35,935 nucleotides of DNA from Atractiella rhizophila. Its lineage: Eukaryota. Shown piece by piece: positions 25,201-35,935 of the stretch (its first letter is position 1; every line of letters begins with the position of its first letter). The position numbers were made by a program, and so were the translations under genes. The notes under the pieces were generated by a model. That model saw nothing but the letters and a program-made list of their open reading frames with translations. It was not told the DNA's origin and did no database searches. The DNA lies in contig MU271645.1 of the NCBI GenBank assembly GCA_021432655.1, positions 1-35,935 of the forward strand. Reading direction: 5' to 3'.

Positions 25201-25208
25201 GGGTCCAT
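19265..25208 (-). CDS. RPA190: DNA-directed RNA polymerase I largest subunit; apparent frameshift at ~21157
   Basis: Zn ribbon [58 protein letters not shown], catalytic YNADFDGDEMNMHFPQ (~22715-22760), bridge helix [31 protein letters not shown] and C-terminal GTGTFD. Confidence 0.97.
24060..24250 (-). repeat. Acidic low-complexity (poly-Glu/Asp) insertion within RPA190
   Basis: Encodes EEDSESEEEEEEDEGYEEGPDSEEEEEEDDEGED; TCC/TCT-rich on the + strand. Confidence 0.75.
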
Positions 25209-25473
25209 TCTTCGCTTCTGCTGACACTCCGGACTATAAATCGATGCCCTAGCACCCTTCCTACACGACACAGGACTCTACAGCATGAAGCAAGTTATCA
25301 AAAAAATTTGGAACGATTTATCCCCAAGGGGTATATTATTCTTCTGTCACCTGCTATTTCGCACAACTTTTCTCTGAGTCTACTTCAGTTCTCTTCCTTT
25401 CTTATTCCAGTTCTCTTTGGCTGCATTTCCTAGCTTTTTTTGCGCGTTACTTTCTGTCAGATTTCAAAGCAAA

Positions 25474-27504
25474 ATGCTCGCTTTGAGGTCTTCAGCGTCC
25501 AGTGCCAGTCAGTCGTCTCCCGCTTTTTCATAGCATCGCTCATTAGTCTTGATAATAAGTCGAAAGGTCTTCTTTTCGCTCATATTCTACAACCGTCGTA
25601 CGTCGAACTACTTTTATCTTCATGAAATTCAAGCTCTGCAGCCGTATTGCACGAAATACCTTCGTCCGACTCATCCTGACCCCTCCCCCCTTTCCCACGC
25701 TCAAACTCGTCATTCTCTGCCGGTTTTTGCTCGCGTTCCACTCAAAGTCTCCCGTGGGAAGGGATGTACCATTTGGGACGATAGCGGGCGACAATATCTA
25801 GATTGTTCTGGTGGGATTGCTGTAACTGCTCTTGGGCATGCTGGTGCGTCCGGACTGCTCCTCGCCCTTTCCATGAACAATAATGCTTTCAAATATGCCG
25901 CTATGCTGCCTGTCGTGGCCCTTATATTCGTCTAAATCGGTGACTTTGCTCGAGTTTTGGTGTATTGATACAGGATAGGTAGGAACAGAAACCGCGAACA
26001 GACTCCATGTTTGCTTGATGATCTCTACTACATCTATTCATCCTCTAGTGACTTTAGAAACATTGAACCAGTCAAGAATACGTTGACTTGTGAAATTCTT
26101 TAAACTAGCGCGAAGATAGAATATTTCATCAACCAAGATATGAACGTGTCACTGATGTTGACCCTGGCGCCAGATGAAGGCTTGACAAAGATCCTTGCGG
26201 ACCAATCTTCCCGACTTGTACACTGTTCCAACCTCTTCTGGACAGAGCCCTCGCTCAAACTAACGGAAGATCTTGTCCGTCTCACGCTTCACCATGGAGG
26301 AGTTGGCTTTTCTCCTTCCACTGAACAATCAGGGGACGCAGGATCGGCATCTCTGAAAGCTTTCATCACGAACTCGGGTACTGAATCTAACGAAGCAGCA
26401 CTAAAATTCGCACGGATACACGGCAAGACTCACAGCCCTGGAAAGGGGAAGGAAGAAATTGTGTCTTTCGAAAACTCTTTTCATGGAAGGACATTCGGGT
26501 CTCTTTCCGTTACCAATCAAGCGAAATATCAGGAACCTTTCGCCCCATTACTACCTGGTATCAAGGTTGGCAAGTTCAACGATATTGCCTCTCTGAAGGA
26601 TCTGATAACGGAGAAAACGTGTGGTGTCATCCTTGAGCCAATTCAGGGAGAAGGTGGGATTGAAGGAGCAAGTTTGGACTGGTTGAAGGCTGTTAGGGCC
26701 CGATGCGTGCGTCTTCGCCCTTTCACTCTCCAAATGATATTGATGATCATAACAGGATGAAGTTGGAGCGGTTCTCATTTACGACGAGATCCAAGTCTGT
26801 TTTCCATGGGCGATGAAACACGAAGTTCTTATTCATGATTGTGACAGTGTGGTCTAGGTCGAACGGGAAAGCTATGGGCGCACTCCTCGTTCCCGACGAG
26901 CGCTCACCCTGATATCGTCACTTCAGCAAAGGCGTAAGCCTCCCTCCCAATGTTCAATTTCGCACTCACTATCCATTCTGGAGACAGACTAGGCAATGGA
27001 TTCCCTATTGGGGCCGTCATCCTTCGTGATTCACTCGCATCCAGTATCACAACAGGTTCGCACGGCACTACGTATGGTGGCGCACCGTTGCAATCGGCAG
27101 TGGGGAGCTATGTTCTTTCTCGAATATCTGAAGCTAGATTTCTGGCACATGTTCAGGAGATGGGTTCGTACCTTGAAAAGAGGTTACAAAAGATGCTAGA
27201 GTGGTTTCCCGAGTTGGTACAGGGAATTAGGGGGACGGGATTGATCATGGGTCTCAGAATGAAGAGGGAGGGACTGGAGAAGACCGTGATGGAGGAGATG
27301 AGGCACAGAGGCGTTATTGTCCTGACTGCAGGCAGGAACACGGTCAGGTGAGACCTCTTGGTCTAGATTCACGCGAATCACGGAGACTGACCACACCCCT
27401 GCAGGATTGTACCCAGCCTAATTATCACCAAGGAGGAAATAGATCATCTTTGCGACGTTTTTGAGAGCGTCCTCAGTACTATGGATAAGGGGGAGAGTAA
27501 TTAG
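25474..27504 (+). CDS. ARG8: Acetylornithine aminotransferase, mitochondrial (class III PLP-dependent)
   Basis: [82 protein letters not shown] and HGTTYGG. The N-terminus MLALRSS... looks like a presequence. TAG at 27502-27504. Confidence 0.95.
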
Positions 27505-27724
27505 ATGGTAGACTCTATGTGCTGAACATATTAGATATCAAAAGTCACGATGCATTAACAAGATACTCTGTCGGATATGACGATTACAAATAGATGAGCA
27601 TAGCGCACTGTGCACGGATATGTTGAGTATGGACGGACGAATGCTGATTGGACGAAGTGCCTGTGTGTGAAGATGGTGAAATGGCGACTGCCGCCAAATT
27701 AAAGAGGAGTTGAAGAGTCGAAAA

Positions 27725-28773
27725 TCAGTGATTGCCTTGCTTCCGTAGCCAGTTCAAGAACATGACCACATCCTGTGCGATCGTCTTCGGCAGCGTGCTC
27801 TCAACAATAGAAGTAGGTATCGATCCTCCCGGCGTCGAAGACGTTGCCATCCTGCGTACACTTATCGAAAACGTCGCACGGCTGAAGTGCAGGAGCTCAC
27901 CTCCATTCCAGATATTTGCTCCCAGTTTCCGGGTCCTTCACCTCTGCAACCACCTCTGCAGACACATACTTCCCTCGGACATATTTCTTTGCATGGGGGA
28001 ACTTCGGATCATCCACCGGAAAACTGAATATCGCAAATGCTCGTTCAACGTTTCCGCCTAGAGTCTTGCGGTCGTCTTCAGTCAACTCCTCCGTAATGAG
28101 AAGCTCGACAAAGTCACGATTTGTTGTCGGAAATGGAAGGGAGTAGAAGAGCTGCCAGACTGGTGAATTCAAATGTCAGGTCTGAAAGCCGGAAGCAATG
28201 GCGAGATATCACTTACTTTCTACTCGACCTGATTCCATCGTCCCCAACATCTCTGCCTTCGATAGGGAATGTATATACTCCACCTCCTGTTGGCTGTGTC
28301 GAATAAGTAAAGCATCCCGAAACTGCTCATAGGAAAACTCCTTATGAGTGCTATGTCGAAGATGCCAGCCTGAAGCAGAATGCTCGTCGTAAACGGGGCC
28401 TTTGTTTTTGTCGTCAAGACCAGACCCTTTGCGAGCACTCTTGCTGCTCTTTCCCGATATTGTACGCGCTAGCGCAGCCGGTATATCACTTAGAAACGAG
28501 AACTGGTGTCCTCTTCGTGAGCGGGTCTCAGTCTTTGCCTCTCCAGAATTGTAGGACTTTCCAGTTTGCCAATTACGAGAATCTTCACAGGACCACTCAT
28601 GAACCTTCCTAAAATAACCATGATAGACTCGTACCGTTGATAATATTCAGCCCACTGCTGACCACGCACTTGATAAAAGAATTGTACTCTGATGTTCCAG
28701 CCTTTGGGATTTGATCGTAGGCTAAGCCTTGGAGGCTGAGTGGATTGGTGAGGAGTACAGGTGCGTTGACCAT
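27725..28773 (-). CDS. START/SRPBCC-like DUF3074 family protein
   Basis: VWQLFYSLPFPTTNRDFVELL, YVRGKYVSAEVV and LEWR|MATSSTPGGSIPTSIVESTLPKTIAQDVVMFLNW. ATG at 28773, TGA at 27725-27727. Confidence 0.78.
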
Positions 28774-29020
28774 GCTGCTTGAGTAACGTTGATTGCGGAA
28801 ATGGGGACGTTCTGCTCTGAGTTCTTTTAAAGAAGTATTCTGGAAGTTGTTGCTGCTGCACTCTGCTACTTATATGTTCAGCGGTTCGGGTGAATCTTGT
28901 GAAACCGAACGCGTTGGTTTCCAAAGCGCCACGTGACCTTGATGGCTGCAGCACGCTCGTATAATTTACAGGGACAACAGGTTACTGAACATCCAGATTA
29001 TTACTACGTTAATATTACTT

Positions 29021-32000
29021 TTACCCTAGCAAGTCTGAAAGTTCAGGGTTAGCCGCCATTGCGATCAGCATATCCTGGAATAACATGAGAGGTTGGACAA
29101 AGGAGCATTACTGGACTGGCGGCTTACCTGTTCAAGGTACTTGCTGACTGAAACAACATCGCCTAGACCTAGCATACCATCTTAGTACTTTCGTAGAGGC
29201 AACAACCAAGGACTTTACCTTTCCGCCGTCGGATCTTCAGCAAAACATCCCTACTAAGAGCATTTGCAGAGCTAGGTTCGAGTGGGCGAAGTTGAATGGT
29301 TTTGTCTAGCGGATCACCTGGAACAGATTCGTAAGATTGTCGAGTTTCCCGCAGGTACTTCAGCTCACCAGGTACGATGGACCAATGATCAAAGGTTTGG
29401 AGCACCATTGCCTGTCCAAGCGTATGCGTTCTCAAGTCCGTCTCGAAACCCGCCGAATCAAGCACGGGAATGTAGGCTTGTACTGTATAGAGTGGACTAC
29501 CGGGTTTCGGTATGTCTTTCGTGACATGCCCACGACGTCTTGCAAGGACAGTATAGACGTCCGATACTGATTCCGCTGGACAAACGATCTCGCAGAAATA
29601 CACCGGTTCCGTTAACCGTGGTGTCGACTAGCACATGTCGTAAGGAGGGGGAAGAAAACAAGGGTGGCGACTCACAAGCAAAAAGGAGGAGTAACAGACT
29701 CGACGAGCTGTTGGAATAATTTGACCCCCTCCACGGAAGATGGGCTCAGGTGCTATTGTGGCATCGAGTAATCGGAACTTGACATTTCGCATCGCTGTGC
29801 GAACCCAATCAGGTTATGTGAGAACAGTTGTTGAGATAGCATCTCACGCTCGTCACATAGCGGCCCTTCACGACTTGCCCATTGGAAGCCTTGCTTAACA
29901 GACTCTTTGATACTGAAAAGGAGCTTCTTGTCAACCTGTTCGGCAGAGGTCAGTAAGCAAACTTCTATGGAAATAAACTTGCCTCTGATGGAAGTGTGTC
30001 GTTCACAAGGATATTAGGCCCCAAATCGTCAGGTCCGAAAGCCCATATCGAACGCGAGGCCAAAAGATCCCAGCCGTACTTCTTCTGGAAATGGTTACCC
30101 AGATCTTTCGGCGCCATCTTGATGGAGACCCGTCCCGTTTCGATATCCTCGGCAATGCCTTTCTCCAAAGGCTCAGATATCATCGTAATTTTGTTCCTAA
30201 GTCACAATCAATACTGCACACAGATTCAGACAAGCTGGCGTAGACACGCACTTCTTGTTAGGGGTTTCAGCGTAGACTTTCAGCGCACTGGTGTCGATCA
30301 CTGTCTCGCAGAATCGTACGACAGGATCTGATACCTTGATTTCGATCTCGGCAAACATTCTCCTCAAGTCGTGCATCACACTATCGAGGTAGAGTTCTCC
30401 CGTTCCCATGAGAACGTGTTCTCCGCTCTCTTCAACCTTCGTCTCGACGAGTGGATACGTTTTGTTGATCTTCCGCAAGCCGTCCAGCATTTTCGGAAGT
30501 TCAGAAGGATTCATGGGTTCTATTGAAATCTTGACGACAGACTGCGTCATGTGCTTCAGAGGTTTGAAGATGTAGAGATCGGAAGGTGGGATGTTGGGGT
30601 CCACGATAGTTGCTGTCTTGTTGATAGAATTATCGACTCCTCCAAGCAAGACATAGTTGCCAGCTGAAAGGCCATTCGTCTCGACATTATAGCTACTTAG
30701 GCGTCAGCATCAACAAGCTCCGAGTTTGACAACGTACCGAGATTCACATATCCAAACACCGTTGACCTTCTGCATCAACATGTCTTCTTCGTCCTCCTGT
30801 GAGTACCCCTCGCCCAATACCTTGACTTCCTGACCCGGTTTAACTGTGCCACTCAATATTCTACCGAAAGTCCGGAACTCTTGCGCATCGTGAGTGGGAT
30901 ACAACTTGGCCGCATGCACAATGAGCGGCCCTGCTGGGTCACAGGCACGAATGGCTTGAGCCATAGGAGAATCCAGAGGTCCAGTAAATGTTGTCTCAAG
31001 CTGGGAAAGAGTGAGCAACTGGCTAGACGAGAAAGCAAACTGCAGACCTTGGCTGACGCGCCTTCGAGTGGATTGGGAATATTGTCGACTACTAGATCCA
31101 CCAGGCCAGTTGAAGGTCCGAAGAATTGACCAAGCACGACTTTTAAAAGCGGTCGAACATCCATTTTGTACATGACAGGCTTGAGGTAAATCTTCATCCA
31201 TCCAAGTGTTTCTTTCAACTTATCCTTATCGGACGCAAGAACCTGCACACCTCCCATAAGCCCCATCGCCTCCAAACAAGAGAGTCGAACCTGTGTATAA
31301 AGCTTGTACAATGGCTCCAAGATGAAATGATCAAACGACCTCTTCTTCGTCCCTCCGCCTTGTTTTGAAAACTTCTTTCTGTCCCCTTCCGCCTCAGGAT
31401 CGTAGAAAATATCTCCCCACAATCGCAAAGCGAACTGCTCGATGTCCATGGAACCTATGTAACCTTCAACACTTATAATATCAAGGTACCATAGAGGACA
31501 TACCGAACGTGTCGGCATACATTTTTGCAAAGCTCCTCAATGTGAAGCACCAGCCCATTGATGAGGATGCGAATGCGACGTTGCCCTTTTCTGGTGACAG
31601 ACGATATTTGGGATCAGGGTTAATTGAGCTGTTGGTTACGCCTAAGTTCCGAACAGTTGGAAAAGCTCGATGCTCACCTGATGACCGTGTTGACTTCCTC
31701 AATAGTATGCCGAATTTTGAAGTACGCGTCCGAAGGAGGTAGTCGTAATTCAAGGATGAGGCGATCCATCTTGTTGAGGACCAAGACCATGGGTACTGAT
31801 TGGGTCATTAAATGTTTGATAACCCGTTGCGTCTCTAGAAGTACCTGTATCATAACTACTTGTCAAAAATATTTCATTGAGCATAGAAGGGTAAATGTAC
31901 TCCTTCAGCCACGTCAACGATAACGATAGGCACCGTCAGCTAGTCGTACTGCTGCGGCAGTTTCATCTTCGAAGTTAACATGTCCCGGTGTATCGAGCAT

Positions 32001-32958
32001 ATTGAAGAGATAAGACTTCTGTTTAGAATTTTGGAGGACGAGAGACATGGGAGAGGATTTGAGAGAGATGCCACGCGCTTGAGAAAGTGTATGGGTCTGT
32101 GTATACCGTAGCTGTTTCCAACACTTAGAAACGCAAATCTAGGTTGAAAATCAGGAACTAACCGGTCGTTCTGTGTCCCAATCGATCTTGTGCGTCTCGT
32201 AAACAAGCATATCTATCAGACTCGTCTTCCCATGATGCAAGTGTCCAACGACAGCAACATTTCGTATGCTCTCTCGATGCGTTGCGAGGAAGAGCATGAA
32301 ACTAGCATACTGTCAAATCAAATAGGAGAAACAGGCATCGTTCGCACTCTTTGTCAAAACGCGTCTCTGGTCCCTCTTTCCGCTTGTCCACAACACTGAA
32401 TTTGACGCCTTTATTGACTGGCGCAATAATTGGCTCCGAGAGTGGTTGAGCGTCCTCTTCTTGCACAAGAGTCTCAACGTCCGGCCCATACGTCTCTTCC
32501 AACCTGATAACTCTTCAATGCACTTCCCGCCACCGAGAGCAAGCTTACGTCGAGTAATATTTCTTGTCATCATGAAGCACGACCTGATTACTTGGTCCAG
32601 GTTCTACATTCATAAGACAGCATCACCTCCCAAACTGAGGAAGAGAAGAGAAAGCGCACCATCAACTTGCATTAAGCTCATGCCACCACCACCTCTCCCA
32701 TCCATAGGCTCATCCTCCTCAACCTCCATCAGCCCTTCTTCGAACCTCCGCCTCGCGTCTTTCTGTGTTTGTGCCTCCTCCAGCTCCTCCGACCCCTCAC
32801 GCGATGACCCCTCGCTGTCTGAAAGCTGCCCAATGAAGTTTCCGAATCTGCAGACCAGTTAGAGGCGTGTATGTCGCGACAAGCACGAAGAGCATACTCA
32901 TCGTCTAAAGCAAGGGTTAGCACAGAATAGGACTAAGGAGCTACGCACAATCATCCAT
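29021..32958 (-). CDS. SNU114: U5 snRNP GTPase Snu114 / EFTUD2
   Basis: [83 protein letters not shown] and [13 protein letters not shown] at 29021-29023. Confidence 0.97.
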
Positions 32959-34152
32959 GCTGTTAATGCAAACCTGTAACTCTGTAAGTGGGTCTGAAGT
33001 GTCACTACTTTGGGACTTTGGACGGCGAAAGCGAAAGAGAAGTTTTGGGTTCCCCCTCAGCATGGTGCAGGCCCCACAGGTCAGACCCTTGACAGAATCC
33101 AGCTGAACAGGAGTTGATATTGTGGCATGCACAAAACGCTCGAGAGCCGCTACGTGGGGAAAGGACTGTTTTGTTTCTGTGACGAGTAGGGAACGAGGGC
33201 ACCGAACTTTGAGCTGAAAAGGGTACTGAGCGTGAATTATATGGTGCGCTTCATATAATTTGGATGATGGGTGCTCGACGAGGAGAGCCTTATTCTGCAT
33301 TGTTACGTGGAGGGCATGCGGAAAGTCATCACGTTGTGCTTCATGATTTCCTGAGCAAATCATCCAGCACATTTCCTGCCATACTGGTTCCTTTGTGTTC
33401 CTTTGTATTGCAATCAGCGCGCCGCATCTCTTGATGTAAAATAGGACCCAAAAAATTGCACCTTTCGATGCTAGCTGTTTGCACACAGATTGGCACAAAG
33501 CCCCGCTTATATTCACTCGCAGATTGATTTGACCAAGCATTCATGCCGTTACTATGTTCCATGATGGACAACGAATTTTCAATACTTCCTAAGCACGCTG
33601 AGCACCTGTTCTCAGCTCTCGCGCCTTATGCTTTGCCTGTCCACCTCAATTAATTTCCATGCATTATAAAAACTACTCTCCAGCTGATATCTGCAATATG
33701 TTGTCGTCCTGGCACACAGCAATTTAGTTCTCAAGCAAATCTTTGGCGGAGTCTGCTTGGTCACCACAATTGTCATACTGCTTTTCTTACTTCTCTTTCA
33801 TTTTCTCAATCCCAATCTCAGTTCTCCTCAGAACACAGATCACTTTTGTGTTCCAGAATGATACTTCGAGTTCTCCGATGTAGCCCCATTATGTGTGAAT
33901 CTCTTCCACGGTAAGTATGCCCTTTATCTTGTCATGACCCGCTCTGTTCGACGCTCTAGATTCCTCCCTCCATCCCTTACCCCATACTGTTACATCCTCC
34001 AGCCGCAGCGGTGTCACTGCGCAGTCGTTCGTGGCCGCAGCATGAGTTGTTGATGCTGCGACTACTGCGTATTTTTGGAGCATTGGCTGAAGGAGAATAT
34101 AAAATGGACGCTTTCTCTCCAACTCCATCTCATCATCATCCTGACCTGCAAG

Positions 34153-35418
34153 ATGAGCATTCAAAAGCTTCCAACCGAGATCCACACTTCCATTCTCCGA
34201 CTAGTCTGTGCCTCTGCTCGCGACACTCTTCGAAGCCTCGGTTCGACTTCGACAGACAAATCCAGTCTTGAAACTCCTCCTGCTGCCTATGCATGCTCTC
34301 TATGGCATGAAATCATCAGTCAAGAATGGTTTCGCGACCTACTTCTCGCTTCAGAAGCGGATATCCCACGTCTACGAGTATTTCTAAAGTACTGGCCTGA
34401 GGAGAAGAGAAGGAACGTTCAATTTCTGGAGATTTTGAGGCTTCCTAGGTGGGAGTGGAGCACAATTGGAGAATTTTTTACGCTGTTACCGAATTTAAGG
34501 AAGTTTGAGTTGACCATTGGATTTTACGTACGAAGGTCAGCAGCCTGTCATTCATCATCGAAGGACCTCGTCTTACCCTTCTATGTAGATCATTTGATTG
34601 GCCGGTCTTGCCTCCTCTCGAGAGCGTCATCATCAACTTTATCCCTGGACACCTTGAAAGGTTCATGGGACAGCTGACTCCGCCATCCAACACAAAATTT
34701 GACGTGGCTGTTGCGACTTTCATGTCGCGGCTCACGACATTAAAACACCTCCAACTGAACCGGTATGTGGCTTTCTCTCACGATGGAGGGAATGGTCTCG
34801 ACTCCTGAATGTAGATCTCCATATTTCGGCTTCCCCAACTTCAAGGAGAAAGCTTTGGCCTCCTTCCCATCCTTACGTTCTATACGCATGTCTTCGAATT
34901 CTCTTCCCAAGCCGTCTTTTCGCCAACTGCTCATCCAAAGCTGCGGCCAGACCCTTCGACAGCTCCACATCTACGTTGACCCTTCCACTCTACAAGTCAT
35001 ACCCACACGAGTTTACGTAGATTTCATCACTTCTTTCTCATCCACGCTCGAAGAACTCTCTCTTAACCACCAAGACGAGTCTTCCCTCACTGCAATCGCA
35101 GTTGGTGTCCTTCCAATGCTTTCCCAACTCCGATCCCTGAACTTTTCTGGCATCGCGCCCGACTTTCAGCATCTCTCTTCTGCTTCAGTAGAGAGCTTAT
35201 TTGTCAATGACGAGAAAGGGAAACATTGGCATGGCTCACTGGTCTGGTCCATCACTTCGGGCAACTGGCCAAATTTAAAATCAATGCACTCGTCCTCAAA
35301 ACCAACCCTTCTGTTGAAAGACGTGTGTTCCGAAAGAGATATCTCTTATGTCGTTGTCCCGTGGAGTGACGAGGTTGATCGCCGGCAATACTACACCAGG
35401 GTTGCTAAGCAGGTCTGA
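34153..35418 (+). CDS. F-box-like / RNI-like LRR protein, 3 exons
   Basis: F-box-like start MSIQKLPTEIHTSILRLV...ACSLWHEI and LRR-like units LPNLRKFEL, FPSLRSIRM, LEELSL and LRSLNF. Introns 34536-34588 and 34762-34814 keep the frame. Confidence 0.7.
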
Positions 35419-35630
35419 TTCTGTTTCCTTATCATTCTACTTTTTTTGTTCGCTTCATGCGCATGCTCTTCTTATACTTGATGTAATATATCTTCGGTCG
35501 GTTCCAGAGCAAAAAATTGAGATTTTGCAGAATGAGTGCAGACGGAAGCTACGATGGTTTGGTGTGTACGAAGGGAGATGGAGCAATCAATAAAGTAGTT
35601 CTACGGTCCTTCTATCATGCTTTGTCGATA

Positions 35631-35935
35631 TCATGAGCGTAATGACTGGTATCCTGCGATGACAAATTCGTTGAAAACAAGGGTAAGAACCTAACACGTA
35701 TGCAAATGATCAGTTACCATCAAAAGAACATTTGTGCCTCTCTTCGTTAAGGGAAGGGAAGACAAACCGTATGCGGTGCTATCCGCAATAAGTGCGCTGT
35801 CGAGCCTTTATACCAACCTCTTATACCTTCTACTTTGAATGTCTTCCATAAACAATCAAACGGATTCTTATAAAGCAGCCCTCGCGGCTTTCCATCTGGT
35901 CCCAGAGCATCTGGCGACTGATTGTACATTCTCGT
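35631..35935 (-). CDS. OAC1: Mitochondrial carrier, OAC1-like oxaloacetate carrier (3' end only)
   Basis: RMYNQ...LYKNPFDCLWKTFKVEGIRGWYKGSTAHLLRIAPHT|VLTLVFNE; TGA at 35631-35633. Confidence 0.75.

Noticed and set aside
25298..25320. AAAATTTGGAACGAT resembling part of U6 snRNA
   Set aside because: No ACAGAGA box or other U6 sequence follows; chance similarity.
19400..32900. Many antisense or alternate-frame ORFs over RPA190, ARG8 and SNU114
   Set aside because: Shadow ORFs of real coding exons with no independent support.

Overview
Gene-dense eukaryotic window from a basidiomycete fungus. Short 45-60 nt GT-AG introns with GTGCGT/GTACGT/GTTCGT-type donors suggest Pucciniomycotina; this is inference. 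From left to right: an MDR enoyl-reductase-like gene (partial), VPS33, a medium-chain acyl-CoA synthetase, an MMM1-like gene, a J-domain protein, a cupin, oligoribonuclease (REX2/Orn), an alpha-arrestin-like gene, a small orphan gene, RNA Pol I largest subunit (RPA190), ARG8, a START-like DUF3074 gene, SNU114, an F-box-like gene and the 3' end of an OAC1-like mitochondrial carrier. The most striking structure is a ~1.46 kb direct tandem duplication (10423-11881 / 11883-13338). It leaves the cupin and REX2 parents intact and creates a third, chimeric gene between them: the cupin promoter and N-terminus fused in frame to an oligoribonuclease lacking its first catalytic motif. The two copies show a mosaic divergence pattern. 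Other leads are a possible non-AUG mitochondrial extension of REX2, an unusually long ARG8 intron with a candidate poison micro-exon, and a 194-codon in-frame ORF upstream of SNU114. Single-base frameshifts in several conserved genes suggest assembly indel errors. I recognised no tRNA, rRNA, CRISPR array or transposon. All product calls come from manual translation and motif recognition; no database search was run.
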